62,192 nucleotides of DNA from Pseudomonadota bacterium (GCA_022574295.1 JACZSJ010000003.1:1-62192); one strand, 5' to 3'; positions 22,099-34,381 are shown, counted from the stretch's first letter. Made by a program: numbers and translations. Notes: a model not told the origin generated them from the sequence alone.

Positions 22099-22254
22099 AA
22101 TCAGAAATGAGTATACCAATAAATCTCACTGTGAATTGACTCGGGGATTTGTTCTGAGGTTTTCCTGGAATTTGCCAGGGATCGGGATAGACCATGGGTG
22201 ACACTGTTGAACTGCCTCGAGATGTGCGAGACAGGGGGTATCGTTTTTTGAAAC

Positions 22255-22701
22255 TTAGCCGAGCTGTTGTTTGACCAGAGCGCTGACCTGCCCCATATCT
22301 GCACGGCCTTGAAGACGAGGTTTCAGAATGCTCATCACCTTGCCCATGTCTTTTACAGATTCTGCTCCACTTTCAGTAATTGATTCAGCGATCAATTGCT
22401 TGATTTCGTCTTCGTTAAGTTGTGTCGGAAGATACTCCTGGATAATTTCAAGTTCGAATTTTTCTTTTTTCACCAGGTCATCGCGACCAGCCTGTTCAAA
22501 CTGCTGTATTGAATCACGAATTTGTTTTGTCATCTTATCCATAATGGCAAGTACCATCGCGTCATCCAGTTCAATCCTCTCGTCGACTTCTTTTTGTTTG
22601 AAAGCAGCCATGATTAGACGCAGGACACCCAGACGATCCTTATCTTTGCTGCGCATGGCCGCTTTGACATCGTCATTGATTCGTTGTTTGGTTACACTCA
22701 C
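22255..22701 (-). CDS. GatB/YqeY domain protein
   Basis: KQKEVD, YLP and DMGKVM...GRAD motifs. Confidence 0.93.
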   Translation of the reverse strand: MSVTKQRINDDVKAAMRSKDKDRLGVLRLIMAAFKQKEVDERIELDDAMVLAIMDKMTKQIRDSIQQFEQAGRDDLVKKEKFELEIIQEYLPTQLNEDEIKQLIAESITESGAESVKDMGKVMSILKPRLQGRADMGQVSALVKQQLG

Positions 22702-22747
22702 AGTCAGGGATCAAGTAGATTTACTTGGGGACAGGATAAAACAGAAT

Positions 22748-22963
22748 TCAGTAAAGACGGACACGTCTGTTTAATTCTTTCATGACCTTTTTCTGATGGC
22801 GTTTAACAGCTGCAGCAGCTTTGCGTTTTCTGACCTGTGTTGGTTTTTCATAAAACTCACGTTTGTGTACTTCGGCCAGGATCCCGGCTTTTTCGCAGGT
22901 ACGCTTGAAGCGACGCATCGCGATCTCAAAAGGTTCGTTGTCTCTAACTCTTACTGATGGCAT
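22748..22963 (-). CDS. rpsU: 30S ribosomal protein S21
   Basis: RRFKR and REFYEKPT motifs, ending RRVRLY. Confidence 0.97.
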   Translation of the reverse strand: MPSVRVRDNEPFEIAMRRFKRTCEKAGILAEVHKREFYEKPTQVRKRKAAAAVKRHQKKVMKELNRRVRLY

Positions 22964-23134
22964 ATAATTACCGTTCCTTAAAAATGGTTTTCGAAAGTCA
23001 TTTCTGCTGATTAAATAATTTGACCAGCTCGACCAGAAAAGCCGGTAATACTAGTGTCTGGCAGAAGAAATGCAATGATTATTAGCCTTTTGGGCTTATT
23101 TTGAGGTAAAAATACATAAAATGCGTGTGATCGA

Positions 23135-24139
23135 ATGAAAATATTAGGATTAGAAACCTCCTGCGACGAAACTGGGGTCGCATTATATGACACAGAACAG
23201 GGCCTGCTTGCCCATGCCCTGCACAGTCAGATCTCACTTCACGAAATCTATGGTGGAGTGGTGCCTGAGCTTGCCTCCAGAGATCATGTACGCAGGATTA
23301 TTCCACTGATCAGGAAAGTATTCACTGATGCGAAAGTGTCGGGCAGAGATCTGGATGGTGTTGCCTACACTGCAGGGCCAGGATTGATTGGTGCATTGCT
23401 CGTCGGTGTCTCAACAGGCCGAAGCCTTGCCTATGGCTGGAATATCCCTGCGGTGGCCGTGAATCATATGGAAGGTCATTTGTTAGCGCCCATGCTGGAA
23501 GACAATCCTCCGGAATTCCCTTTTATTGCCTTACTTGTCTCCGGTGGTCATACGATGTTGGTCAAGGTTGAAGCCGTTGGCAGCTATGAAATACTGGGTG
23601 AATCTCTGGATGATGCCGCCGGTGAGGCGTTTGACAAAACCGCTAAATTACTGGGTCTGGGCTATCCCGGAGGGCCACCATTATCGGCACTGGCAGAATC
23701 TGGAAACCCCGATAGATTCCGCTTTCCAAGACCCATGACCGATCGGCCTGGACTGGATTTCAGCTTCAGTGGACTGAAGACTTTTGCCGTGAATACTTAC
23801 AAAAAGGAAGGTGATGATGAGCAAACCAGAGCAGATATCGCCTGTGCCTTTGTGGAAGCGGTAGTTGATACCCTAGCGATCAAATGTAAGCGATCTCTAC
23901 AGCAAACCGGGATTAAGACATTGGTCGCCGCAGGAGGCGTGAGTGCGAATACACAATTAAGGGAAAGATTGAAAAAAGTTTGCCGTGATGAAGGCGGGCA
24001 GGTTTTTTATCCGAGACCTGAGTTCTGTACAGATAATGGTGCCATGATCGCCTATGCTGGCGCACTACGGTTGCAGGCAGGAGCTGAGGAAGCTTTGGGG
24101 TTTGAGGGGAGACCGCGGTGGTCGTTGGGTGAGCTGTGA
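23135..24139 (+). CDS. tsaD: tRNA t6A threonylcarbamoyltransferase
   Basis: [24 protein letters not shown] and CTDNGAM motifs. Confidence 0.97.
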   Translation: MKILGLETSCDETGVALYDTEQGLLAHALHSQISLHEIYGGVVPELASRDHVRRIIPLIRKVFTDAKVSGRDLDGVAYTAGPGLIGALLVGVSTGRSLAYGWNIPAVAVNHMEGHLLAPMLEDNPPEFPFIALLVSGGHTMLVKVEAVGSYEILGESLDDAAGEAFDKTAKLLGLGYPGGPPLSALAESGNPDRFRFPRPMTDRPGLDFSFSGLKTFAVNTYKKEGDDEQTRADIACAFVEAVVDTLAIKCKRSLQQTGIKTLVAAGGVSANTQLRERLKKVCRDEGGQVFYPRPEFCTDNGAMIAYAGALRLQAGAEEALGFEGRPRWSLGEL

Positions 24140-24167
24140 GTTAAGTCCTGGCCAATTTTAAAAAATG

Positions 24168-24270
24168 ACTGGATCCCTGCATGGATGCGAAGGAGCAATG
24201 AACTCGCTGCTTAAAAGTGACGTGCATGGACGCACTAATCCCGCGAATTCAGGATGCACAGGAGCGGCGA
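24168..24270. repeat. Cluster of short CATGGA/CAGGA-loop hairpin modules
   Basis: gcatggatgc and gtgcatggacgcac hairpins. The second resembles the reverse complement of 44138-44176. Confidence 0.5.
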
Positions 24271-24296
24271 AATAAGATGTTAATAGAGGCAATGCC

Positions 24297-24677
24297 ATGA
24301 ATAAAGACGAACACCATTCCCCATATATTAATCACATTTCCTGGGGTCATATGGAAGTCGATGGTGTGGGAGAAGGTAAAGATTTCAAGCTTTGGCCTGG
24401 AGGTGGTCGGCAATGGGACTGGCGGGAAACCGGTACACACCATGTGCCAGGAATTCAACCCGCTGATGTTGAAGAGTTACTCAATAATGGCAGTCAGGCA
24501 ATTGTGCTGAGCCGGGGGATGTGGCTGGCGCTGCAAACATGTCAGGAGACGATAGATCTGCTTGATGAGAGAAATATTACAGTACATATCGCCGAAACCA
24601 AGGCAGCAGCAAAAATTTATAACAATTTAGTTTCGGGCGGAGAGGCTGTGGGCGGGTTGTTCCATTCGACGTGCTAA
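24297..24677 (+). CDS. Mth938/AAMDC-like protein (DUF498)
   Basis: SWG...KLWPGG..WDWRETGT.H.PGIQPADV...GGLFHSTC. Confidence 0.9.
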   Translation: MNKDEHHSPYINHISWGHMEVDGVGEGKDFKLWPGGGRQWDWRETGTHHVPGIQPADVEELLNNGSQAIVLSRGMWLALQTCQETIDLLDERNITVHIAETKAAAKIYNNLVSGGEAVGGLFHSTC

Positions 24678-24695
24678 GTATAAAAGTGGACAGAT

Positions 24696-25265
24696 TTATT
24701 TTCGAATACCTTCAATCGCAAAGATCAATTCCAGCTCTGCTGATGCAGGACCCAGGTTTTTGGTGATTCCATAATCAGCCAATGCAATCCGTGTTGTTCC
24801 TTCAAAGCCAACACGGTAGCCCCCCCAGGGATCATCGCCCTCGCCAATATATTTCACATTGATGATGATAGGCTTGGTGACGCCATGCAGTGTAAAATTA
24901 CCTTTTAATATCCCTGCACCTTCTTCATTCATCGTAAAAGAGGTACTGACAAATCTAGATTGCGGATATTTTTCGACATCAAGAAATTCATCACCTCGTA
25001 AATGCTTATCTCTTTCAGCATGATTGGAATCAATACTTTTAGTATTGATGATGATTTCAATTTTCGATGCTTCGGGATTGTTCCTGTCATAACTAAAATG
25101 ACCATCAAAATCGTTAAATCGCCCCCACAACCAGCTATAGCCAAGATGTGCAATTTTAAACTGTATAGAGGCATGCATGCCTTTTTTATCAATGACATAT
25201 TCATCTGCCACACTGTTTGTTGATACAAAGACTAACGCTAATAGTGCGGTACAAAATAATTTCAC
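24696..25265 (-). CDS. yceI: YceI family periplasmic lipid-binding protein
   Basis: HLGYSWLWGRF, ERDKHL and GDDPWGGYRVGF motifs. Confidence 0.92.
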   Translation of the reverse strand: MKLFCTALLALVFVSTNSVADEYVIDKKGMHASIQFKIAHLGYSWLWGRFNDFDGHFSYDRNNPEASKIEIIINTKSIDSNHAERDKHLRGDEFLDVEKYPQSRFVSTSFTMNEEGAGILKGNFTLHGVTKPIIINVKYIGEGDDPWGGYRVGFEGTTRIALADYGITKNLGPASAELELIFAIEGIRK

Positions 25266-25831
25266 TTAACACTCTCCTGCTGTTTCACTGGTTTTAATAT
25301 TCGAACAAGGGTCACATCCTTGTCGATAAAATGGTGCTTAAATGTAGCACAAACATGTAATACAAAAAGGAACGCCATCACATAAGCGGCTACCTCATGA
25401 ATTTCTCCTGCAATATCCGCCTGATATTTACTGAAATTAATAAACGCTGGAATATCAAACCAGCCGAATATTTCAATACTCGCGCCCCTGGCTGTAGAGA
25501 TGAAATAACCGCTAAAGCAAATCACGATTAATAAAATATAGAACAAAGAGTGGGTAGCTTTTGCCACTTGTATTTCCCACATTTTATAGGTTCGTAATGG
25601 CGCTGGTGGGTTATTACAAAATACCCAAATTAGTCGAATGAACAACAATGCAAGAATGAGCATGCCAATACTTTTATGCCACCATGGTGCAGCATTATAC
25701 CATTTACTATAATAATCAAGATCAACCATAATCTCGCCGAGGACAAATAAGCCAACGATAAGAACAGCCATTAGCCAATGTAACAATATTGTGACGATGC
25801 CATAACTATTGCTGGTATTTTTAATATTCAT
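25262..25831 (-). CDS. Cytochrome b561 (YceJ-like)
   Basis: LHWL, HKSIG and HV...KHH heme ligands; paired with yceI. Confidence 0.9.
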   Translation of the reverse strand: MNIKNTSNSYGIVTILLHWLMAVLIVGLFVLGEIMVDLDYYSKWYNAAPWWHKSIGMLILALLFIRLIWVFCNNPPAPLRTYKMWEIQVAKATHSLFYILLIVICFSGYFISTARGASIEIFGWFDIPAFINFSKYQADIAGEIHEVAAYVMAFLFVLHVCATFKHHFIDKDVTLVRILKPVKQQESVK

Positions 25832-25944
25832 AAGTTTGTTTATAGACTGTCAAAACTGCCTGAAATTCCAAATTCGAAGAATTTCTATTCATAGTGATAG
25901 GGGCCGAGGCCGACCACGATTTCCGAGATAACTTCAGAGTAAAG

Positions 25945-26631
25945 TTATTTAAGCTTTTTCTTTAGCTCTTCCAGTTCCTGATCAGTTTTGTGCATGTGAT
26001 CCAGCACAGCGTCCAGTGCATTCTGAATGGGATCGGGCATATCTTTGCTTTCAGCGTAGGCGGCAAAACCAATTTTTTTGGCCATGGCTTCACGTTGTGC
26101 AGACTTGTCTTCATCATCACGTTTTACAATCACATGGCCGGGGACACCGACGACCGTTGAACCTGGTGGTGTATCATTAACAACGACGGCATTGCAACCC
26201 ACACGTGATCCTTGGCCGATGGTGATTGGACCGAGTATTTTTGCCCCTGCACCGATAACCACATCATCTTCCAATGTTGGATGACGCTTGCCTTTGCTCC
26301 AGGTGGTACCGCCAAGGGTCACACCATGATAGATAGAACAGTTATCTCCAATCTCTGAGGTCTCACCGATGACGATGCCCATGCCGTGATCAATAAAGAA
26401 CCGTTGGCCGATTATCGCAGCAGGGTGAATCTCAATGCCTGTTAAAAATCTTGCAATATGCGCAGTCATGCGGGCGGGCAAATATAATTTCTTTTGCCAG
26501 AGCCAATGGTTGAAGCGATGGAACAAGATGGCCTGGAAACCAGGGCAGGTGAAAATTGTCTCCAGTGTGGAACGAGCCGCCGGGTCACGTTCAAAGACAA
26601 CCTGGATTTCTTCTTTTATTGTATCAAACAT
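25945..26631 (-). CDS. cysE: Serine O-acetyltransferase
   Basis: ERDPAA, GIEIHP, IDHGMG and KRHPT motifs. Confidence 0.95.
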   Translation of the reverse strand: MFDTIKEEIQVVFERDPAARSTLETIFTCPGFQAILFHRFNHWLWQKKLYLPARMTAHIARFLTGIEIHPAAIIGQRFFIDHGMGIVIGETSEIGDNCSIYHGVTLGGTTWSKGKRHPTLEDDVVIGAGAKILGPITIGQGSRVGCNAVVVNDTPPGSTVVGVPGHVIVKRDDEDKSAQREAMAKKIGFAAYAESKDMPDPIQNALDAVLDHMHKTDQELEELKKKLK

Positions 26632-26647
26632 AACTTTATTTACTGGG

Positions 26648-29476
26648 TTAACTTTCCTGGTTTAATTTACTGATGCGTTGATATTGCTCTTCCAGTTTTC
26701 CGATAGCGACATTATTTTCTTCCAGTCGTTCACGTTCTTTTTCAACGACATTCCCTGGTGCGCGGTCAACGAAGTTTTTATTCTCCAGCTTTTTGGCAAT
26801 GTTGTCGCTGTTCTTTCTCAGTTTTTCCAGTTCTTTTTCCAGTCTGGCAAGTTCTGCCTGTGGGTCGATCAGATCAGCCAGAGGGACCAACAGGGTCATC
26901 TTTCCCGCCAGTGCCATAGCAGCATCATCTGGGGCTTCATCAATTGTCATGATAGATTCAACGCGCCCGATTTCTTTCAAATAAAGTGTGTTCTGGTTCA
27001 ACCAGGTTTGCTCTAGTTCTGACCCGCCTTTGACCTTGACCGCCAATGACTTGCGTGGATCAATGTCCCGCTCAGCGCGAATGCGACGCACACCAGTGAT
27101 AAATGTTTTTACCCATTCGAGTTCATCTTCAGCATCTTTATCAATTTTTGATTCGTCAGGCTCAGGGTATGGCTGCAGCATAATACTGTCACCCGACTTG
27201 CCCGCCAAAGGCGCGACACGTTGCCAGCATTCCTCAGTGATAAATGGAATGATGGGGTGGTTTAGCCGCAATATTGTTTCCAGTACACGTACCAGTGTTC
27301 GTCGGGTTCCTCGTTGCGCCTGTTCTGATGTATTTTTGTCAAATAATATGGGTTTGGATAACTCCAGATACCAGTCACAGTAGTCTTCCCAGACAAACGC
27401 ATATAGTTCATGAGCCAGTAAATCGAGACGTGAACCCTGAATATGTTTTTCGACTCGAGCTTCAAGGTGTTGAAGTTTTGAAATGATCCAGCGGTCGGCC
27501 AGTGATAGTTCAACATCATCATTGTCGAGTCCGGTATCCTTATTTTCCGTCTGCATCAATACATAACGTGTTGCATTCCACAATTTATTGCAGAAGTTGC
27601 GATAGCCTTCAATACGACCAGGGCCAAAAACAATATCACGTCCGGTGGTGGCAAGTGATGCAAGGGTAAAGCGCAGGGCGTCGCACCCAAAAGCCGGGAT
27701 ACCGTCGGGGAAATTTTTCCGGGTCATCTTTTCAATGCGTTCTGACAAATGCGATTGCATTACGTCCTCAGTACGTTTATTGACCAGTGCTTCAAGGTCG
27801 ATGCCATCAATGACATCAATCGGATCGAGGACATTGCCTTTGGATTTGGACATCTTCTGGCCTTCAGAATCACGCACCAGACCATGTACGTAGACTTCGC
27901 GAAAAGGGACATCCCCCATAAATTTGATGCCCAGCATAATCATGCGTGCAACCCAGAAGAAAATAATATCAAAGCCGGTCACCAGTACCGTGGTTGGGTA
28001 ATATTTTTCCAGTTCTGGCGTTTTTTCAGGCCAACCCAATGTTGAAAATGGCCACAATGCGGAAGAGAACCAGGTATCGAGTACATCCTCATCCTGGGTT
28101 AATGGAAAATCGTCCGGCAGTTTGTTTTTCTTTCTAACATCATCGACATCATAACCGACATAAACATTACCAACTTCGTCATACCATGCGGGGATCCGAT
28201 GTCCCCACCAGATTTGTCGGGAGATACACCAGTCTTCAATATTGTTCATCCAGTCAAAATAGGTGTTTTTCCAGTTATCCGGGGTGAATTTAATATCACC
28301 ATTTTTGACTGCTTCAATCGCCGGTTTTGCCAGGGGAGCTACTTTTACATACCACTGTTCAGTGAGATACGGTTCGATGATGGCACCCGAACGATCACCG
28401 CGCGGCACCACCAGTTTGTGGTTCTCGATTTTTTCAATAAAACCGGCGGCTTCAAGGTCGGCAACAATTTGTTTGCGAGCTTCGAAGCGATCCAGACCCA
28501 TGTATTTTTCAGGGACAACATTATGAATATCTTCGCTGTTGTCACGAATTTCAGCATTGTCTGTAAAAATATTGATTAGTCCACCGTTCGGCAGGTCGAC
28601 AATGTCGGTTATATCTTTATGACGACTCCAGACCTGATAATCGTTGAAATCGTGCGCCGGTGTTATTTTTACACAGCCGGTGCCGAATTCCGGATCTACG
28701 TGTTCATCCGCAATCACCGGGATTTTACGACCAGTGAGTGGTAATTCCAGAAACTCACCCAGCAGGTATGAATAACGATCATCTGCAGGATGAACGGCAA
28801 CTGCGCAATCACCCAGCATGGTTTCAGGTCGGGTGGTTGCTACCACAACATGTCCAGCACCATTACTGCGTGGGTAGCGCATATACCACATGTAGCCATT
28901 TTCTTCTTTGGACAAAACTTCCAGATCGGAAACCGCGGTGTGTAAAACAGGATCCCAGTTCACCAGGCGTTTGCCACGATAGATCAGACCTTCATCATGG
29001 AGACGTACGAATACTTCAATGACTGCGGCTGAGAGCCCTTCATCCATGGTAAAACGTTCACGCGACCAGTCCAGCGATACACCCATGCGTCGTAATTGCT
29101 GGGTGATGGTGTTGCCGGATTCTTCTTTCCAATGCCAGACGCAGTCAGTGAATTTTTTGCGGCCGTAATCGTGGCGGGTTTTGCCTTCAGCGTTAATCAG
29201 GCGCTCGACGACCATTTGAGTGGCGATGCCGGCGTGGTCGGTACCTGCTTGCCATAGGGTGTCATCACCTTTCATGCGGTGGTAACGGATCATCGTGTCC
29301 ATGATGGTGTCCTGAAAAGCATGCCCCATGTGTAAACGACCGGTGACATTTGGCGGTGGCAGCATAATGCAGTAGGGCGAACCACTGCCTTCAGGACAGA
29401 AATAGCCTGCCTCTTCCCAAGTTTGATACCACTGGGTTTCTATGGCTTGCGGGTTATAGGTTTTTTCCATATTCAT
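26648..29476 (-). CDS. valS: Valine-tRNA ligase
   Basis: [20 protein letters not shown] and C-terminal coiled coil. Confidence 0.98.
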   Translation of the reverse strand: MNMEKTYNPQAIETQWYQTWEEAGYFCPEGSGSPYCIMLPPPNVTGRLHMGHAFQDTIMDTMIRYHRMKGDDTLWQAGTDHAGIATQMVVERLINAEGKTRHDYGRKKFTDCVWHWKEESGNTITQQLRRMGVSLDWSRERFTMDEGLSAAVIEVFVRLHDEGLIYRGKRLVNWDPVLHTAVSDLEVLSKEENGYMWYMRYPRSNGAGHVVVATTRPETMLGDCAVAVHPADDRYSYLLGEFLELPLTGRKIPVIADEHVDPEFGTGCVKITPAHDFNDYQVWSRHKDITDIVDLPNGGLINIFTDNAEIRDNSEDIHNVVPEKYMGLDRFEARKQIVADLEAAGFIEKIENHKLVVPRGDRSGAIIEPYLTEQWYVKVAPLAKPAIEAVKNGDIKFTPDNWKNTYFDWMNNIEDWCISRQIWWGHRIPAWYDEVGNVYVGYDVDDVRKKNKLPDDFPLTQDEDVLDTWFSSALWPFSTLGWPEKTPELEKYYPTTVLVTGFDIIFFWVARMIMLGIKFMGDVPFREVYVHGLVRDSEGQKMSKSKGNVLDPIDVIDGIDLEALVNKRTEDVMQSHLSERIEKMTRKNFPDGIPAFGCDALRFTLASLATTGRDIVFGPGRIEGYRNFCNKLWNATRYVLMQTENKDTGLDNDDVELSLADRWIISKLQHLEARVEKHIQGSRLDLLAHELYAFVWEDYCDWYLELSKPILFDKNTSEQAQRGTRRTLVRVLETILRLNHPIIPFITEECWQRVAPLAGKSGDSIMLQPYPEPDESKIDKDAEDELEWVKTFITGVRRIRAERDIDPRKSLAVKVKGGSELEQTWLNQNTLYLKEIGRVESIMTIDEAPDDAAMALAGKMTLLVPLADLIDPQAELARLEKELEKLRKNSDNIAKKLENKNFVDRAPGNVVEKERERLEENNVAIGKLEEQYQRISKLNQES

Positions 29477-29625
29477 TTAATTCTGGCTTACTTTAATCTC
29501 TGGCTGTTGTTTCTAGCCGAGGGGGGAAGCCTTGAAGGACGGGCATTATGCCGTGTTTACTTGAGAAATAAAGTTGTCACATTACATTTTTCAACGAATT
29601 TAAATAAAATTATCGTTACGCTAAA

Positions 29626-30102
29626 TTACTCAAACGGTTTGTCAGGAGTATCACTATGGGATGCGGGTTTCTCAGTTTGAGTTGTTACGCTTTTTAATTG
29701 TTCTTTAAGTTCGTTGATGATACTGTCTTTGATGGTGTCCTTGAGTATGTCTACCAGAGAATCAAGTTCTTTCGACAGGTTTCGATCGACCTTATCAACC
29801 AACTCGCTCAGTCTGTCTGCGGGGAAATCCTCAATTCTATTTTCATGGTCGCTGGTCGATTCTGTTGATGTTTCGGGCTGTGCATATCGTTTTGCTTCAG
29901 CAGCATCGACAACGTCATTAAGTACGGGTATCCCAGGGTAAAGTTTGGGGGGGGAATTTGTTTCTAGAATCAGCTCTTCGAGCTCATTGATTGATTCGGC
30001 GATACCTGATTCTGAGCCTGGCGAGTGAGAAATTTCAGGACTTTCTAAGGAAGACGACTCGCCTGATTGATTGTCCTTACCCATCGTTGGATTATATATC
30101 AT
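29626..30102 (-). CDS. Hypothetical acidic protein between holC and valS
   Basis: IPVLNDVV motif plus helical C-terminus; conserved position in gammaproteobacteria. Confidence 0.7.
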   Translation of the reverse strand: MIYNPTMGKDNQSGESSSLESPEISHSPGSESGIAESINELEELILETNSPPKLYPGIPVLNDVVDAAEAKRYAQPETSTESTSDHENRIEDFPADRLSELVDKVDRNLSKELDSLVDILKDTIKDSIINELKEQLKSVTTQTEKPASHSDTPDKPFE

Positions 30103-30523
30103 GCTTGTTTAAAACGTGACCCTGGTCGCGATATTCTGCATATCGCTTGCGAGCCTGTTGTCGCTCACTTTCATTTCCGGCAACAATTTCAAGAATCCTC
30201 TCTATCTTGCCTGAATCATGTGGGATTTGATCGGCAAGGTTAATCATGATTGGTGTGTGCTCCGGTATCTGATTGCCCATGTTGCCCCCTGTGCCGATGA
30301 CAATAGGCACGTTTTCAGCGCCGTTATCTGAAACAAGACAATGGGGCAAAAAACTGATGTCTTTAAACGTCCAGAGTAAATCATCAAATGCTGTTGCCGC
30401 TGTTTCCGAACGAGTATTGATAAAAATATTGTTTCCCTGTTTCCAGACTTTCTGGATCAGCGCGCAAGCGAAGAGTTCTCGTTTCCCGCCTTCGGGGAGC
30501 ACGTAAAAATCTACCTGAGACAT
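30092..30523 (-). CDS. holC: DNA polymerase III subunit chi
   Basis: VDFYVL, DDLLW...SFLPH and ARKRY..YR motifs. Confidence 0.93.
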   Translation of the reverse strand: MSQVDFYVLPEGGKRELFACALIQKVWKQGNNIFINTRSETAATAFDDLLWTFKDISFLPHCLVSDNGAENVPIVIGTGGNMGNQIPEHTPIMINLADQIPHDSGKIERILEIVAGNESERQQARKRYAEYRDQGHVLNKHDI

Positions 30524-30545
30524 TTTACCAGGGCCATCATGATGC

Positions 30546-32048
30546 TTAACTACACCGATCAATCAGGTATTGGACCAGCATGGGTACAGGCCTGCCAGTT
30601 GCCCCTTTGTTTTTTCCGGTTAGCCAGGCCGTTCCGGCGATATCGAGATGTGCCCAGTGAAACTTTTTTGTGAATCGTGACAGGAAGCAGGCGGCGGTAA
30701 TCGTCCCCGCTTCACGACCGCCGATATTCGCCATGTCCGCAAATGGGCTATCGATCTGGCTCTGATATTCATCCCAAAGTGGCAATCGCCAGGCCCGATC
30801 CCCGGTATTTTCACCCGCATCGAGTATCTCCCTGGCCAGGGGGTCATGGTTACTGAGTAAACCTGAGGCATGTTTACCCAGCGCAACCACACAGGCACCG
30901 GTGAGTGTTGCGATATCAATCACCGCAGCAGGATCAAATCGTTCGCTGTAGGTCAGTGCGTCACACAAGATTAAACGGCCCTCGGCATCTGTATTTAACA
31001 CTTCAATGGTCTGACCAGACATGCTGGTGTAGATATCTCCCGGTCTCGTGGCTTCTCCTCCCGGCATGTTTTCAACCGTGGGTACCACGCCGATAACATG
31101 AATGGGCAGCCTCATTTCAGCGATAGCCGTGATTGTCCCGAAGACGCTGGCTGCGCCACACATATCAAATTTCATTTCATCCATGGCAGCGGATGGCTTG
31201 ATTGAAATACCACCCGTATCGAAGGTGACGCCTTTGCCCACCAGAACCACAGGTTTTTCATCTTTTTTGCCACCTTTATATTCCATGGTAATGAGTTTTG
31301 CCGGTTGGCGACTGCCTTGAGAGACGGACAGCAAAGATTCCATGCCCAGTTTCTTCATGGCTGCTTCATCAAGCACTGTTACCTTGATAGATTTTTGTGC
31401 TCTGCCCAGTTTCTTTGCCTGATCTGCCAGATATGATGGGGTGCAGATATTGGGTGGCATGTTGGCCAGATCGCGCGCCAGTGAGACACCATTGGCAATA
31501 GCAGTCCCATCTTTAATCGCGCTTTCTCCAGCAGAAAAATCCTTACGTTCAGGGATCATGAGCACAAGCTTGCGCAGTTTGTTCTTTGGCTTTTTGTTTT
31601 TGCTTTTCAGTTGATTGAATTCATATAAAGTACTTTGACTTATCTCAACAAATTGTCTTATTTTCCAGTATTCATCCTTGGAGTCATCCCCGGTTTTTAT
31701 ATTTAACTCGGTAAGACAACTAACGGCTTCTGTTGCCCCGGTTGTTTTTAATTTGTTGATACTATTTTTGACGATCTTGCGATAATGACTAGGGCTTAAA
31801 TCTTTTTCCTTTCCACAGCCGATCAGCAAGATTCTGCTAGATGAGATCCCTGGAATATCATGTAGTAAAAGTGACTGGCCAATTTTCCCATTGATGTCGC
31901 CACGTTTGAGGATATTACTAAGGTGTTTTTTGCTTGCTGAGTCGATGGCCTTGGCTGCCGTCGAAAGACGACGAGTTTCAAATAGTCCAACAACAAGACA
32001 GGCTGATCGTTGTTTTTCCGGGTTACCGCATTTGATTGTAAAATCCAT
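30546..32048 (-). CDS. pepA: Leucyl aminopeptidase
   Basis: GKGVTFDTGG, NTDAEGRL and HLDIAG motifs. Confidence 0.97.
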   Translation of the reverse strand: MDFTIKCGNPEKQRSACLVVGLFETRRLSTAAKAIDSASKKHLSNILKRGDINGKIGQSLLLHDIPGISSSRILLIGCGKEKDLSPSHYRKIVKNSINKLKTTGATEAVSCLTELNIKTGDDSKDEYWKIRQFVEISQSTLYEFNQLKSKNKKPKNKLRKLVLMIPERKDFSAGESAIKDGTAIANGVSLARDLANMPPNICTPSYLADQAKKLGRAQKSIKVTVLDEAAMKKLGMESLLSVSQGSRQPAKLITMEYKGGKKDEKPVVLVGKGVTFDTGGISIKPSAAMDEMKFDMCGAASVFGTITAIAEMRLPIHVIGVVPTVENMPGGEATRPGDIYTSMSGQTIEVLNTDAEGRLILCDALTYSERFDPAAVIDIATLTGACVVALGKHASGLLSNHDPLAREILDAGENTGDRAWRLPLWDEYQSQIDSPFADMANIGGREAGTITAACFLSRFTKKFHWAHLDIAGTAWLTGKNKGATGRPVPMLVQYLIDRCS

Positions 32049-32210
32049 AGTCTTCCTTTTGCCAGTTCGGTTGAATTTAATATATGGCCAGTATGTTAGG
32101 ATTGGGAGCCAATTTATCCATTCTATACCAATTGGCACGAAAACACTTTTATACTAATTTTTGACATTAAGCTTTGATATTTTAAGGGCGGTTTTGATGG
32201 GACAGGAAAA

Positions 32211-33320
32211 TTGATTATCAGGCGATATATCCATCGTGAAATCTTGCAGCGCCTGTTCTGGATAGCCGGTCTGTTGTTCCTGATTTACTCGAGTAACAAG
32301 TTTGTGTCTTATCTGGCCGATGCCGCCGCAGGTAAAATTTCCAGTGCCCTCGTCTTTGAGTTGCTCTGGTTAAAATTGGTATCTGTATTGCCAAAATTAC
32401 TTCCAGTGACATTATTTCTTGCTGTGATTCTCACGTATTCCCGCCTGGTCGGTGATAATGAAATGGCGATCATGTTCTCCACCGGAATAAGCAAACTGAA
32501 GCAATTAAAAATCGTATGCCTCTTTGTTGTGCCTGTTTGTATCATTGTTGCCAGCTTGTCTTTTTTTATTTCTCCCTGGGCCGAAGGCAGAATTTATGAA
32601 TTGAAAATTCAGGCCAGGCAAGATGCGGATATTACTGGAATTGCGGCAGGGCAGTTCAGGGAATTTAGCAAGGGGGACAGGGTCGTGTATGTAGAGGGAC
32701 TCTCCGATGACAAAACAGTCATGGAGAATATTTTTCTACAGGTAAGGCAACATGGAAAATTGGGTGTACTAACTGCGGACAGGGCTGTGTTTGAGATGGA
32801 TGAAGCTTCAGGAAATCGCTACATAAAATTTGAAGATGGGCACCGTTATGTCGGAGTTCCTGGCGGACTTGATTACAGAATCACAGAGTATAAGACCTAC
32901 GCGATATTGTTAGAGGCCAGTGAGGCGGTAATCAGTGCCGGTAAAAAGCTGGAGTCTATCCCGACAGCCATTTTATTTTTCTCGGATATTGCGCAACATA
33001 AGGCTGAACTACAATGGAGAATATCATCAGTTCTTTCATGCTTGCTACTGTCGTTGCTTGCAGTTTTGATCAGCCAATTACCCATTGGTGAAAAACGCTA
33101 TTCACTGATATTTGTTTCAATGCTGGTTTATTTTATTTACAGCAATCTTCTTGGTGTATCTAAAACACTATTGAAACGAGATGAAATTCCATCAATCGTA
33201 GGCTTATGGTGGGTGCACGCCTTATTAATAATAACTTTGTTGGTTCTCTATTATTTGCCTCAAATCAAACAACGATTGAAACAGAACAAGGGCATACAAG
33301 TATTGAAGGCTACTCAATGA
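32211..33320 (+). CDS. lptF: LPS export permease LptF
   Basis: YjgP/Q topology, AELQWR motif; divergent from pepA. Confidence 0.92.
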   Translation: MIIRRYIHREILQRLFWIAGLLFLIYSSNKFVSYLADAAAGKISSALVFELLWLKLVSVLPKLLPVTLFLAVILTYSRLVGDNEMAIMFSTGISKLKQLKIVCLFVVPVCIIVASLSFFISPWAEGRIYELKIQARQDADITGIAAGQFREFSKGDRVVYVEGLSDDKTVMENIFLQVRQHGKLGVLTADRAVFEMDEASGNRYIKFEDGHRYVGVPGGLDYRITEYKTYAILLEASEAVISAGKKLESIPTAILFFSDIAQHKAELQWRISSVLSCLLLSLLAVLISQLPIGEKRYSLIFVSMLVYFIYSNLLGVSKTLLKRDEIPSIVGLWWVHALLIITLLVLYYLPQIKQRLKQNKGIQVLKATQ

Positions 33321-34381
33321 AAATACTTGATCACTATATTGCGCTGACGCTGATAAAGACGACTTTGTTGGCACTGTTTTCTCTGGTGATTTTGTTTTCT
33401 TTTTTTTCGCTGGTTGATCAACTGGATTCAACGGGCAAAGGTAATTATGGGGTTTGGCAGGCCCTGTATTATGTATTTCTGACCATACCAAGATTGTCTT
33501 CTGAATTGTTTCCAATCGCTGCAGTGATAGGGAGCATGACGACACTGGGCATGTTCGCCAGACACAGTGAGCTTGCAGTAATTAGAACTTCGGGAATTTC
33601 ACAATTAAGATTTGCCTGGCCGCTGTGCAAGGGTGCCGCAATTCTCATTTTTATTTCCCTGTTAGTGGGTGAAGTTCTTTCTCCCTATACAGAAGAAACA
33701 GCTCAACATATGCGTTCAGTGGCGTTATCGGAACAAATCACCTTAAAAACGAAGTATGGATTCTGGACCAGAGACGGTCAGAGTTTTATCAATATCCGTA
33801 AGATATTGCCCGGTGACAGAGTAGAGGGCATTTATATCTATGAGTTTGATGATGCTGACAAATTGCGAACAAGTACTTTTGCCAAGCGTGCTGAATACAA
33901 GGATGAGCAATGGGTTCTTGAAGATATCAGGCAGACAGAAATCACTGATCATGGTGTCAATGTCAGACAAATGAATTTTGCGACCTGGGAGGCATTGTTA
34001 AACCCTGATGTGATCAATCTGATCATTATCAAACCACAATTCCTGTCGTTTATGGGCCTTTACAATTACATCAGTTATCTCAAGGTCAATGGCCAAAGCA
34101 GTGTCATTTACGAGCAGGCACTTTGGTTAAAAATAATTAATCCATTCTCTATCATCGTCATGGTGCTCATTGCTGTTCCATTAGTGAAAAGTTATTCAAG
34201 AATGACAGCGGTCGGGCAACGTGTTTTCCTGGGTTGTCTGATTGGTATTATCTTTCACATCATCAACCAGATCTCCGGTCATTTGGGGGTTGTCTATAAC
34301 TTACACCCTGCGCTTAGTGTAACCTTGCCTACCTTATTGATGTTGGCAGTGATTGGATGGTTGCTTCACAAATCAACATAA
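33317..34381 (+). CDS. lptG: LPS export permease LptG
   Basis: SELAVIRTSGIS and WTRDG motifs; follows lptF. Confidence 0.92.
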   Translation: MKILDHYIALTLIKTTLLALFSLVILFSFFSLVDQLDSTGKGNYGVWQALYYVFLTIPRLSSELFPIAAVIGSMTTLGMFARHSELAVIRTSGISQLRFAWPLCKGAAILIFISLLVGEVLSPYTEETAQHMRSVALSEQITLKTKYGFWTRDGQSFINIRKILPGDRVEGIYIYEFDDADKLRTSTFAKRAEYKDEQWVLEDIRQTEITDHGVNVRQMNFATWEALLNPDVINLIIIKPQFLSFMGLYNYISYLKVNGQSSVIYEQALWLKIINPFSIIVMVLIAVPLVKSYSRMTAVGQRVFLGCLIGIIFHIINQISGHLGVVYNLHPALSVTLPTLLMLAVIGWLLHKST

